Origin: Rhodocyclaceae bacterium | GTDB taxonomy: Bacteria > Pseudomonadota > Gammaproteobacteria > Burkholderiales > Rhodocyclaceae | DNA: 64,000 nt | Reading direction: 5' to 3' | Assembly (NCBI GenBank): GCA_020445805.1 | Contig: JAGRFX010000003.1 | Span: forward strand, 1,530-65,529 | Shown: positions 39,000 to 48,391 of the stretch, piece after piece | Numbering within the stretch: the first letter of the stretch is position 1 | How the letters are laid out: each line of letters opens with the position of its first letter | The notes under the pieces: model-generated | Database searches by the model: none | What the model saw: the letters and a program-made list of their open reading frames with translations, nothing else | What the model was told of the DNA's origin: nothing | Position numbers and translations under genes: made by a program

Positions 39000-39965
39000 C
39001 TATCGTACCGTGTAGCCGCGTCCCTCGAGGCAGGCCGTCATGGCGCGCAGGTAATCGGGGCGCTTGCGGAGGGCCTCGGGCGTGGCGCCGGCGGCCGAGA
39101 CCCGCGAGGGATCGTAGCCGGTCTGCTCCACCGCCCAGCTGTGACACTCGAAGCGGTCTTCCGCCTGCTGGGCCTCGCTCTGGTCCCGGTTGGGATAGGC
39201 GAAGAGCGTCTCGTCGCTGGCGTCGTCATCGCCCTCGTCCGACGCGGGGGCGTTGGCGGGCCGCTCGACGACCACGTATCCCAGGTCGTGGGGGCGGTAC
39301 CAGGTATCCGCGTAGCGGTAATAGAGGGTGTTGCCCAGGCTCAGCGAGACGTAGCCGAAGGGCAGGGTCGAGACCACCACCCCGACCGGCGCGCCGATGC
39401 GCACGTAGCTGCTGCCCCAGGGCTCGAACCAGAAGCCGTCGGCAAAGAAATAGCTGTGGCGATGGTGGCGGATTTCCCGGTAGCCCCAGGGCAAGGTGTT
39501 GACGACCACGCCGACGCGGGGGCCGCGGTAGCGCGGCCAGTCGTGGCGGTGGTTGTCGCGATAGTCGACCCGGGTGCCGCCGCGCTGCCAGTCGCGGTCG
39601 TCGCGGGAACGGCTGCGGCGGTCGTCATCGAAGCGGGTCTCAGGCGGGCGCCGCTCTTCGGCCACCCGTTCGCGGTCGCGCCGGCGGTCGCCGTCTCGCG
39701 CCCGGTCGCTCCGGTCGGATTCCTCGCGCAGCACGGGCTTGGGCTTCTGGCTGTCGTCACGGCGCGTTTCGCGGCGATCGTCGCGACGGGGCTTCTGGTC
39801 CTCGTTCGACGACTTCGATGCCTTGGATTGCCGGGCATCGCTGGTCACGCTCTTCCAGGCGCGGAGCTGCTCGTCTGTGGGGTTGTCCTTGGCATGCGCG
39901 GGCATGACCAACAGGGTGGCCACGCCCAACATGAACGCACCTGCGATGCGCTTGGTCTGCAACAT
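39000..39965 (-). CDS. Exported protein with R/D-rich region, aromatic/Pro-rich region and C-terminal two-Cys domain
   Basis: Signal peptide ending AHA; GVVVNTLPWGY and GVVVSTLPFGY repeats; YPNRDQSEAQQAEDRFECHSWA...ACLEGRGYTVR. Confidence 0.8.
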   Translation of the reverse strand: MLQTKRIAGAFMLGVATLLVMPAHAKDNPTDEQLRAWKSVTSDARQSKASKSSNEDQKPRRDDRRETRRDDSQKPKPVLREESDRSDRARDGDRRRDRERVAEERRPPETRFDDDRRSRSRDDRDWQRGGTRVDYRDNHRHDWPRYRGPRVGVVVNTLPWGYREIRHHRHSYFFADGFWFEPWGSSYVRIGAPVGVVVSTLPFGYVSLSLGNTLYYRYADTWYRPHDLGYVVVERPANAPASDEGDDDASDETLFAYPNRDQSEAQQAEDRFECHSWAVEQTGYDPSRVSAAGATPEALRKRPDYLRAMTACLEGRGYTVR

Positions 39966-39976
39966 GATCGTGGCTC

Positions 39977-40558
39977 CTATTTCACGGTGTATCCGCGGCC
40001 TTCGAGGCAGGCGGACAAGGCACGGTGGTAGGCCGATCCGCGCGCGTCCAGGCTGGCGTAGCGCTCGGACTGGCGGTTCAGATCGCGCTCGACCTGGCGT
40101 GCCTCGGCGGCCCGGGCCGAATCCGAAGCGGCGCCTACGATGCCGCCCAGCAAGGCGCCGACCGCGGCGCCCTCGGCGTTGTGACGCGAATTCGAAACCG
40201 CGGCACCGAGGGCTGCGCCGGCCAGCACGCCGGTGGCGGTGCCGACGCCGGAAGGCGGGTCCGGTTCGACCCGTACCGAGGGCCTGGGCGCCACTGCCAC
40301 AGTGCGCGCGGGGTCGAAGCCGCTCTGCTTCACGGCCCACTGGTAGCACTCGTAGCGGTCGCGGGCCAGCTGGCGCTCGCTCTGGCCACGGGCCGGATAG
40401 ATGGCCGGCGGCGGCGGCGGGCTGGCGACGGCCGGGACGCGACTCGGGTATTCCCGGGCGACCGGCGGCGAGGCACAGGCGCCCAGGACCAACGCGCCGG
40501 CAACGGCGATCGCGGTCCAGCGCATTCGCAGCGGGCGGTTCGAGGTGTTCATGCTCAT
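39977..40558 (-). CDS. Glycine-zipper lipoprotein with two-Cys domain
   Basis: Lipobox LGAC; YPARGQSERQLARDRYECYQWA; GVLAGAALGAAV...GALLGGIVG; ACLEGRGYTVK. Confidence 0.85.
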   Translation of the reverse strand: MSMNTSNRPLRMRWTAIAVAGALVLGACASPPVAREYPSRVPAVASPPPPPAIYPARGQSERQLARDRYECYQWAVKQSGFDPARTVAVAPRPSVRVEPDPPSGVGTATGVLAGAALGAAVSNSRHNAEGAAVGALLGGIVGAASDSARAAEARQVERDLNRQSERYASLDARGSAYHRALSACLEGRGYTVK

Positions 40559-40605
40559 GTCCTTGTCTCCTGTGCCCCGGCGGGCCGGGCCGCCGGGGGT
40601 CTGAT

Positions 40606-41160
40606 TCAGCCGAGGCCTGCTTCACCCGCTGCGCGCGGCATGCCCTTGCGGGCCTTGAGCGCCTCGCGCTGGGGTTCGGTCAGCACCGCATAGATGCCGG
40701 CCTGCAGGCGGGTGCGCATGGCCGCGATGTCGGCCATCGCCTGGCCAGCCTGGGCCGACAGTTCCGCCGCCTTGGCGTCGCTGTAGTCAGCGGAGAAGGC
40801 CAGGGCCCGAAGGGCTTCGCGGGAGGCGCGGGCTTCCTTCCATTTGGCACGCATCTCGGGTGCCTGGGCGTGGCGCAGCTCGAAGATCTTGTCGCGCTGC
40901 TCGTCGCTGAGGTCGAGCCCCCTGAGCATGTGGTGCATGCCGCGCATGCCCATGTCGTCGCCGGACATGCCCATCCGCTCGCCCTGCATGCCGCCGTGGC
41001 GGTGTCCGCGGTGACCCATCGGCCCGCCGCGGCCGTCCTCGGTGGCGCAGGCGCGCGGACCGTCGCCGCCGAACGGGTTGGCGTGGGCCACGAAGGGCAC
41101 GGCAAGGGCAAGACTCGACGCGGCAAGGAAGCCAACGATGATGCGGTTACGGGTTTTCAT
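40606..41160 (-). CDS. Spy/CpxP family periplasmic chaperone
   Basis: Signal peptide; Met/His-rich region; LDLSDEQ and VLTEPQ (LTxxQ) motifs. Confidence 0.9.
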   Translation of the reverse strand: MKTRNRIIVGFLAASSLALAVPFVAHANPFGGDGPRACATEDGRGGPMGHRGHRHGGMQGERMGMSGDDMGMRGMHHMLRGLDLSDEQRDKIFELRHAQAPEMRAKWKEARASREALRALAFSADYSDAKAAELSAQAGQAMADIAAMRTRLQAGIYAVLTEPQREALKARKGMPRAAGEAGLG

Positions 41161-41241
41161 GATGTTCTCCTTTCGGGGTGAATGCTGTTTCCGGGTGTAG
41201 CCGGACGATCACAGTGTCGGTCGGAGGCCCGTGAAGTGCGG

Positions 41242-42753
41242 TTAGGGGTGGGTAAATGCGGGTAAAGACCCGTAACCGAGTCCGGCGCGCGTCGCCTCGC
41301 CCGGCGCCTTGCGCTGCTGGCGCAGGTCGTCGCGCAGCGTGCGCAGGCGGCTCTCGGCGATCTGGCGGGTGATGTCGTCGCCGCCCTTGCTGCGCAGGGC
41401 GATCTGCAACTGCTCGATGGCCGCCGGCAGGTTGCCCATGGCGGCATAGGCCTCGCCCTGGTGGTAGTGGGAGGAGAGCCGCTGGCCGAGTCCGGCATTG
41501 GCCTCGGCCGCCAGGAGGTGCAGCGGCGCGTCTTCGCGGCCGGCCTCGATCCGTCGGCTCAGGAAGGCGGTGGCTTCCTGATAGCGATTGGCGCGCAGCA
41601 GGGCGCGCGGGTAGTCCTCGATCAGCTGGCGGTGTTCGGGGAAGCGGGCCAGGGCGCGCTGGTAGCGGTCGATGGCGGCGTCCAGCCGACCTGCCTGCAT
41701 CAGGACCTGACCGGCCAGCGCCTCGATCATCGGATGCGCGGCGCCGCTGGCGTCCAGGGCGGCGAGGGTGCCGAGGGCGCCTTCGAAGTCCCGCGCCCTC
41801 AACTGGGCGGCGGCGAGGCCGTAGCGGAGCGCGGTCCGGTCCGCGTCGTCGGCCCGGGCAAGCCGCTGCGTCAATTGGGCGACCGCCTGCTCGGGTTCCC
41901 CGTGGTAGGACCGGACCAGGGCGCGGACGAAGCGGTAGTCGGTCGAGTCCGGCACCTGCCGGTAGCGGGCCGACAGGGCGCGGTCCTCGGCGTCGGCGAT
42001 CCGTTCGGTGGTCAGCGGGTGGCTGCGCAGGTACTCGGGGGCGGCGCTGTCCTGGGCCGCCGTCAGCTGCTGCATGCGCCGGAAGAAGGACGCCATCGCC
42101 GCCGGATCGAAGCCGGCGCGGACCAGCAGCGAAAAGCCGATGCGGTCGGCCTCCCGTTCGTGGTCGCGGCTGTAGTTGAGCTGGCTCTGGAGGTGGCCCG
42201 CCGTGGCGCCGGCGATGGCGGCGCTGGCCACCTGGGTCTGGCCGCTGGCGGCAGCGACGATGCCGGCCAGCAGCGCCGCAAGGGAGGCCATCTGGCTGCC
42301 ACTCGCGGCTTCCAGCTGGCGGGCCACGTGGCGCTGGGTGACGTGGCTGATCTCGTGGGCCATCACGGCCGCCAGCTCGGATTCGTTGTCGGTCGCCATC
42401 AGCAGGCCCAGGTGGATGCCGATGTGGCCACCCGGCATGGCGAAGGCGTTGATGGCGTCGTCCGGCACCGCGAAGAATTCGAAGCTCTGGCCCGCGGTGG
42501 CCGGATCGCTGGCTACCAGGCGCATGCCGAGCTGCTGCAGGTAGGCATTCACCTCCGGGTCGTCGAGCACCCCGCCGGCGGCCCGGAGCTGGGCCATGCT
42601 GCGTTCGCCGAGGCTGCGCTCCTGCACAACGCTGAGGCTGCTGGCGGCCGGGTCGCCCAGATCCGGCAGCTGCTCGAGCGCCCTGGCCGGTTGGGCCGTC
42701 GCCAGCGCAAGGGTCAGGAGCGAGCAGAGGAGGGTGCGCTGGGGACGTGGCAT
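41242..42753 (-). CDS. bepA: M48 metalloprotease/chaperone BepA (YfgC)-like
   Basis: LPDLG; INAFAMPGG; ELAAVMAHEISHVTQRH; YSRDHEREADRIG; SHPLTTERI; TPR C-terminus. Confidence 0.9.
   Translation of the reverse strand: MPRPQRTLLCSLLTLALATAQPARALEQLPDLGDPAASSLSVVQERSLGERSMAQLRAAGGVLDDPEVNAYLQQLGMRLVASDPATAGQSFEFFAVPDDAINAFAMPGGHIGIHLGLLMATDNESELAAVMAHEISHVTQRHVARQLEAASGSQMASLAALLAGIVAAASGQTQVASAAIAGATAGHLQSQLNYSRDHEREADRIGFSLLVRAGFDPAAMASFFRRMQQLTAAQDSAAPEYLRSHPLTTERIADAEDRALSARYRQVPDSTDYRFVRALVRSYHGEPEQAVAQLTQRLARADDADRTALRYGLAAAQLRARDFEGALGTLAALDASGAAHPMIEALAGQVLMQAGRLDAAIDRYQRALARFPEHRQLIEDYPRALLRANRYQEATAFLSRRIEAGREDAPLHLLAAEANAGLGQRLSSHYHQGEAYAAMGNLPAAIEQLQIALRSKGGDDITRQIAESRLRTLRDDLRQQRKAPGEATRAGLGYGSLPAFTHP
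41252..41276. promoter_or_regulatory. Triple CpxR-type box GTAAA-N5-GTAAA-N5-GTAAC upstream of spy/cpxP
   Basis: Pentamers at 41252, 41262 and 41272, inside the last bepA codons. Confidence 0.75.
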
Positions 42754-42821
42754 GACGGGGCTCCGGAAGTGGCAATGGAGCCATTCTTCGCGCGCGCGCC
42801 GTTAAGCTCGGTCAGGCAGAT

Positions 42822-42836
42822 GTAAAGGGGCGTAAA
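42822..42836. promoter_or_regulatory. CpxR-type box GTAAA-GGGGC-GTAAA
   Basis: Exact consensus in the divergent bepA/cpxR intergenic region. Confidence 0.8.
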
Positions 42837-42923
42837 GAGTCGAAAAAGCGCATTGGCGACCGGGAACCCTCCTTATCATGGGCGCACTCCGAGATGAGCG
42901 GAGGGGCAAGGAGGAGGTGGCCT

Positions 42924-43613
42924 GTGAGCAAGGTTCTGCTGGTGGACGACGACGTCGAGCTGGTCTCGATGATCCGCGAATACCTGGAGCAGGAGGGCTT
43001 CGAGACCCATGCGGTCCATGATGGCGAGGCGGGCGCGGCCGAGGCCCTGACCGGCGACTACGCGATCGCGGTGCTCGACGTGATGATGCCGCGGCTGAAT
43101 GGCGTCGAGACCCTGCGCCGGATCCGCCAGGGCAGCCGCATGCCGGTCATCATGCTGACCGCCCGCGGCGACGACGTCGATCGCATCGTCGGGCTTGAGC
43201 TGGGCGCCGACGACTATGTGCCCAAGCCCTGTTCGCCGCGGGAGCTGGTGGCCCGGATCCGCGCCATCCTGCGGCGCAGTGGCGGCGAGGGGGCCGCCGT
43301 CGAGGACACCGGGCCGGTCCAGGCCGGACCGCTCTCCATGTGGCCGGAGCGGCGCGAGGCCCAGTGGCAGGGCCAGGCCCTTGAACTCACCAGCACCGAA
43401 TACAACCTGCTCGAGCTGCTGGCGCGGCGTGTGGGTCACGTGGTGTCCAAGGGCGAGATGTCCGAGACCGCGCTGGGGCGCCCGCTGGCGCGCTTCGATC
43501 GCAGCATCGACGTCCATATCAGCAGCATCCGCCACAAGCTGGGGCCGCGCCCGGACGGTCAGTCGTGGATCCAGACCGTGCGCGGGCAGGGCTACCAGCT
43601 GGTCAAGGTATAG
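42924..43613 (+). CDS. cpxR: OmpR-family response regulator, CpxR-like
   Basis: VLLVDDD; LDVMMP; GLELGADDYVPKP; RFDRSIDVHISSIRHKL; spy-like gene and CpxR boxes nearby. Confidence 0.8.
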   Translation: MSKVLLVDDDVELVSMIREYLEQEGFETHAVHDGEAGAAEALTGDYAIAVLDVMMPRLNGVETLRRIRQGSRMPVIMLTARGDDVDRIVGLELGADDYVPKPCSPRELVARIRAILRRSGGEGAAVEDTGPVQAGPLSMWPERREAQWQGQALELTSTEYNLLELLARRVGHVVSKGEMSETALGRPLARFDRSIDVHISSIRHKLGPRPDGQSWIQTVRGQGYQLVKV

Positions 43614-43619
43614 GCGGCC

Positions 43620-44930
43620 ATGGGACGCCTGTTCTGGAAGATGTTCATCGCCTTCTGGCTGAGCCTGGTGCTGGCGGCCGGCGGTATCGGCGCGGCGGTC
43701 TGGCTGTACAAGCAGGTGGATGCCGAGGAGCCGGCAGACATCGCGCGCGGGGGCGGCTTCGTGCTCAACAGCTTCGGCTCGGTGCTTCAGCATGGCGGCC
43801 CGGCCGCCGTGCGGCGCATGCTCGAAGAGTGGGAGGAGCGAGGACGGCGCAGCCAGATCCTGGTCTTCGACAGTGCCGGCCGCGAGCTGCTCGACCGGCG
43901 CCTGCCGCCGCCCGAGGCCCTGCAGGCCCGGGGGCTCGAACTCAACCGCCTCGACATCACGACCCAGGACGGCGGGACCTACCAGCTGGTCAGCGTGGCG
44001 CCGCCACGTCGGCCGGGCGGGCGTGGCGAGCACGAGCGACCCTCGCCGCTGATCCCGCTGGCCGCGGGCCTGCTGGCGAGCCTGGCCTTCAGCGGCCTGA
44101 TGGCCTGGTACCTGGCGCGTCCCGTGCGCCAGTTGCGCGGTGCGCTCGGCTCCCTGGCCGACGGCCGCCTCGACACGCGGGTCAGTGCCCGCATGGGGAC
44201 CTGGCGCGACGAGATCTCCGATCTCGGGCAGGACTTCGACCACATGGCGCACCGTCTCGAGGCCCTGGTGGGCTCCCAGCGTCGGCTGCTGCATGACGTG
44301 TCCCACGAGCTGCGGTCGCCGCTGGCCCGCCTGCAGGCGGCGATCGGGCTCGCGCGGCAGAGTCCGGAGCGGGGGGCGGAGCTGATGGAGCGGGTCGAGC
44401 GCGAGTCGGCACGGCTGGATTTCCTGGTGGGCGAACTGCTGACCCTGGCGCGCCTCGACGCCGGCACGCAGGAGATGCCCAGGGAGCCGCTCGATCTCTT
44501 CGACCTGGCGGCCGGGGTGGCGGAAGACGCCGGCTTCGAGGCCGAGGTGGGCGGCAAGTCGCTCGCTTTCGATGGCCGGGGCGAGGCGCCGCTGCTGGCC
44601 GACGGCGCGCGTCTCCAGCGGGCCTTCGAGAACGTCATGCGCAACGCCGTGAAGTTTTCGCCGGCCGGTGGCGCCGTGCAGGTCGCCGCCCAGGTGGCTG
44701 GCGGGCGCTTCCGCCTGGTGGTCAGCGATCAGGGCCCCGGCGTGCCCGAGGGCGAACTGGAAGAGATCTTCGAGCCCTTCTTCCGCAGCGGGCATGCGGC
44801 CGCCGAGGGCTTCGGCCTGGGACTCGCCATTGCCCGGCGGGCGGTCGAGTCCCATGGTGGGACGGTCGCCGCCCGCAACGGCGCGGCGGGCGGACTGGTG
44901 GTGACCATCGAGCTGCCGGTCGGCCGCTGA
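43620..44930 (+). CDS. cpxA: Sensor histidine kinase, CpxA-like
   Basis: RLFWKMFIAFW; HAMP; DVSHELRSPLARL; ENVMRNA; DQGPG; GFGLGL. Confidence 0.8.
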   Translation: MGRLFWKMFIAFWLSLVLAAGGIGAAVWLYKQVDAEEPADIARGGGFVLNSFGSVLQHGGPAAVRRMLEEWEERGRRSQILVFDSAGRELLDRRLPPPEALQARGLELNRLDITTQDGGTYQLVSVAPPRRPGGRGEHERPSPLIPLAAGLLASLAFSGLMAWYLARPVRQLRGALGSLADGRLDTRVSARMGTWRDEISDLGQDFDHMAHRLEALVGSQRRLLHDVSHELRSPLARLQAAIGLARQSPERGAELMERVERESARLDFLVGELLTLARLDAGTQEMPREPLDLFDLAAGVAEDAGFEAEVGGKSLAFDGRGEAPLLADGARLQRAFENVMRNAVKFSPAGGAVQVAAQVAGGRFRLVVSDQGPGVPEGELEEIFEPFFRSGHAAAEGFGLGLAIARRAVESHGGTVAARNGAAGGLVVTIELPVGR

Positions 44931-44954
44931 CGGCGTTCGGGGGGCGGGCCGGCC

Positions 44955-46574
44955 TCAGGTGCGGAAGCGGGCCACCGAGGCCTGCAGGCGCTGGGCCAGA
45001 TCCTCGAGCGTGCGGGCCGCGCCGACTGCGCGCTCGACGGCTGCCTGGTTGTCGCTGGCCATCCGGGCAATGGCGGAGATGCTCTCCTTGACGTCGTGGC
45101 CGTGATCGTTCTGCTGGACGGTCTCGGCGGTAATGCGGTCGAGCCCCTGGCGGACGTCGGCTACGGTGCGGGCCGCCTGGTCGAGCACCTCGGCCACCTC
45201 GTCGGCCGCCGAACGGCTCTCCTGGAGATGGACGTCGCCGATCCGCAGCGATTCGCTGACCGCATCGCTCTTCTCGCTGATCGAGCGTGTGATGGCGTCG
45301 ATCTCGGCGGCCGAGCGGGCGGATTTCTCGGCCAGCTTGCGCACCTCGTCGGCCACGACGGCGAAGCCGCGGCCGTGTTCGCCCGCGCGGGCCGCCTCGA
45401 TGGCCGCGTTGAGGGCCAGCAGGTTGGTCTGGTCGGCAATCTCGCGGACCTCCTGGGTCATCACCGAGATCTGCTTGGCCGACTCGACGAAGCCCCGGAC
45501 GGACTCGCCGATCTGTCGCACCGACTCGGCCACCTCGCTGACGTCATGGATCAGGCGTTCGACCCGGGTGCGACCCTCGGCGGTGCGTGCCTCGCTCTCG
45601 CGGGAGAGTTTCGACACCGCGCCGGCATGCTCCGCCACGGTGGTCACGCTCTCGGCGAGTCGGGCCACGCTGCCGTCGGCTTCGCTGGAGCGCTTGAACT
45701 GCAGGGTGGAACTCTCGGCGATCCGGCCGGCATCCCCGCTCAGGGTGACCGCAGCGCCGGTGACGTCGCGGGCCGAATCGCCGACCTCGCGCACCAGCTG
45801 GGCAATCGTGGCCAGCATCTCGTTGAAGCGCAGGCCGGTCTGTCCGATCTCGTCGTTCCCGGCAACCGCGAGACGGCGTGTCAGGTCGCCCTCTCCGCGG
45901 GCCAGGTCGCGCAGGCCCTCGGACATCCGCTCGAGGGGGCGGGTGACCACGCGACGCACGAAGAAGAACACGATCAGCACCACCGGCAGAGAGGCCACCA
46001 GGGCGAAAATCGCGCTGGCATTGCGGAACTGGCTGACCGAGGCATCGACCCGGTCGAGCGCGATGCGCATGCTGACGGCGCCCAGCGGCGTGCCGGCCGT
46101 GACCTGGTGGCACATCAGGCAGTTCTTGCCCAGGTAGTTGTCGCTGGCGAGGGTCGGCAGGATGACCCGCAGGTGCTGCCCGCCCTCGGCCGAGGCCTCG
46201 ACGGCCCGGTAGGCCTCGCCGCTCGCGAGCACGCGCGCCTCGACGGCATCGGGCGCCAGTTCCCCTTCCGGTCGGCCGAAGGCTGAGGAGACGGCGTCGC
46301 CGCGCAGGACCCGCAACTCGCGCAGGGCATCGAGGCGCTCGATCTGGTCGAGGAACACCGCCCGATTGGCGATGGTGCCGTTGATCATCATGCCGGTGAG
46401 CCCGGCCATGGTCATGTCATTGATGGTATTGGCGAAGAGCTGGGACTGGTCGATGGCGATGTCGCGGCTGACCCGGGTCTCCCAGGCGATGAAGCTGGCC
46501 CAGACGATGATGAGCAGCAACCAGATGGCGGCGGTCAGCCGGAGCCAGACGGGGGTGTCTGATAGGCGTTTCAT
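44955..46574 (-). CDS. Methyl-accepting chemotaxis protein with heme-c periplasmic sensor
   Basis: CLMCH between two TM segments; HAMP; [37 protein letters not shown]. Confidence 0.93.
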   Translation of the reverse strand: MKRLSDTPVWLRLTAAIWLLLIIVWASFIAWETRVSRDIAIDQSQLFANTINDMTMAGLTGMMINGTIANRAVFLDQIERLDALRELRVLRGDAVSSAFGRPEGELAPDAVEARVLASGEAYRAVEASAEGGQHLRVILPTLASDNYLGKNCLMCHQVTAGTPLGAVSMRIALDRVDASVSQFRNASAIFALVASLPVVLIVFFFVRRVVTRPLERMSEGLRDLARGEGDLTRRLAVAGNDEIGQTGLRFNEMLATIAQLVREVGDSARDVTGAAVTLSGDAGRIAESSTLQFKRSSEADGSVARLAESVTTVAEHAGAVSKLSRESEARTAEGRTRVERLIHDVSEVAESVRQIGESVRGFVESAKQISVMTQEVREIADQTNLLALNAAIEAARAGEHGRGFAVVADEVRKLAEKSARSAAEIDAITRSISEKSDAVSESLRIGDVHLQESRSAADEVAEVLDQAARTVADVRQGLDRITAETVQQNDHGHDVKESISAIARMASDNQAAVERAVGAARTLEDLAQRLQASVARFRT

Positions 46575-46741
46575 GGCGCGCCTCGCAATGCAGAATCGGT
46601 ATGTTGAAAAGTGTTACTTGTACTAGCGACACCGGGCGGCGGAACTTGATGACCCAGATTGCTACGTCTGGCCTGCGGGGCGCCCTCCGAACTCATGCAA
46701 AATGCGCAGGCGGTGCGACAGACAAGGATCGAGGGGACGAC

Positions 46742-48391
46742 ATGCTGTGTGCGTTGGTGGTGCGCTGGGTTCGATGGATGCTGGCGTCGGTGCTCCTCGT
46801 GGGCCTCGCCGGGCTGGTGGCCGCGGAACCGGCCGCGCCCCTGCCGAGCGAGCTCGAGGCGGCGCCGGTCATCCTCCACTACCGCAAGGTGGCGACCCTG
46901 CGCGCCGGCATGCTGGGCCTGACCCCGGCCGAGCGGGCGACCCAGGCGGCGTCCGAACTGAGGCGCCTGGCCGACCGGGGTGGCCGGCTGGTCGTCACGC
47001 GGCGCGGCATCCCCCAGGGCCAGGTGGTGCTGGTCAATGGGGTCATGGCCATGGTGCTGCTGGCCGAGGACGCCCCCCCGGGAGAGTCCATCGAGGATAC
47101 CGCCGAACGGGTGGTCGCCCAGGTCCAGTCCGTGCTCGATTCCGCGCATGCCGGCGACAGCCTGCCCGAGCTGCTGCAGGGCATCGCGCTGGCGGTCACG
47201 ATGAGCGCCGTGGCGCTGTTCCTGCTGTGGGTGCTGCGGCGGACCCGGGGCTGGGTGGCGGTCCGGCTGGCACGGGCCGCGAGCGAGAAGGCCGAGAACC
47301 TCAAGATCGGCGGCGAGGCCGTGGTCCAGCGCGAACGGGTCATCGGCATGGTCCGCAAGGTGGTCACGACGGTCTACTGGCTGTCGGTGCTGCTGGTGAT
47401 CTACGAGTGGCTGAGCATCGGCCTGGAGGTGTTTCCCTACACCCGTTCCTGGGGCGACGAACTCCACGCATTCCTGTTCGGGATCCTGGCGAGCGTTTTC
47501 GGCGGCATCGCCAGCGGCATCCCCAACCTGGTCGTGGCCTTCCTGATCCTGATGCTGGCCAAGATCTGCGTGGATCTGTCGAAGGCCTTCTTCGACCGGC
47601 TCGAGCGGGGCGTGGTCAGCGTGACCTGGCTCGACGAGGATTCCGTGCGGCCGACCCGGCGGCTGGTTTCGGTGGCGATCTGGCTGTTCGCTGTGGCGAT
47701 GGCCTATCCCTACCTGCCCGGTGCGCAGACCGAGGCCTTCCGCGGGCTCTCGGTGCTGGTTGGCCTGATGATCTCGCTGGGCGCATCGAGCATCGTCGGC
47801 CAGGCGGCCAGCGGGCTCATCCTCATGTACACGCGCACCCTGCGGGTCGGCGAATACGTGGCGGTGGGTGACGCCGAGGGACGGGTGATGGAGCTCGGCA
47901 TCTTCTCGACGCGCATTCGCACGGGCCTCGGCGAGGAGTTGTCGGTGCCCAATTCACTGGTGCTCGGCAATGTCACGCGAAACCGCTCCCGCAGCGTCGA
48001 GGGCGACGGCTACCTGGTCGACAGCGCGGTGACGATCGGCTACGACACCCCGTGGCGCCAGGTCCATGCCATGCTCCTCGAGGCGGCAGACCGTACGCGG
48101 GGCATCGCCCTCAACCCGGCGCCGGTCGTGTATCAGACCGCCCTCTCGGACTTCTATGCCGAATACCGCCTGGTGTGCCGCTCGATCCCGCGCGATCCGG
48201 GCGCGCGTCCCAATCTGGTCAGCGCCCTGAACGGTCACATCCAGGACGTCTTCAATGAGTACGGTGTGCAGATCATGTCGCCCCACTATATCGATGACAC
48301 GCCCGAGCCCAAGGTGGTGCCGCGGGAAGGCTGGACGCCGCCCCCGGCCGAGCCCCTGCCGGGGCAGGCGGCAGTGGAGAACGGGCAATGA
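46742..48391 (+). CDS. MscS family mechanosensitive channel
   Basis: AYPYLPGAQTEAF; LRVGEYV; STRIRT; VPNS; IGYDTPWRQV; IQDVFNEYGVQIMSP; start uncertain. Confidence 0.9.
   Translation: MLCALVVRWVRWMLASVLLVGLAGLVAAEPAAPLPSELEAAPVILHYRKVATLRAGMLGLTPAERATQAASELRRLADRGGRLVVTRRGIPQGQVVLVNGVMAMVLLAEDAPPGESIEDTAERVVAQVQSVLDSAHAGDSLPELLQGIALAVTMSAVALFLLWVLRRTRGWVAVRLARAASEKAENLKIGGEAVVQRERVIGMVRKVVTTVYWLSVLLVIYEWLSIGLEVFPYTRSWGDELHAFLFGILASVFGGIASGIPNLVVAFLILMLAKICVDLSKAFFDRLERGVVSVTWLDEDSVRPTRRLVSVAIWLFAVAMAYPYLPGAQTEAFRGLSVLVGLMISLGASSIVGQAASGLILMYTRTLRVGEYVAVGDAEGRVMELGIFSTRIRTGLGEELSVPNSLVLGNVTRNRSRSVEGDGYLVDSAVTIGYDTPWRQVHAMLLEAADRTRGIALNPAPVVYQTALSDFYAEYRLVCRSIPRDPGARPNLVSALNGHIQDVFNEYGVQIMSPHYIDDTPEPKVVPREGWTPPPAEPLPGQAAVENGQ

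Noticed and set aside
39540-39830. Repetitive cgcg/gtcg-rich DNA
   Set aside because: Encodes the R/D-rich low-complexity protein segment; no fixed repeat unit
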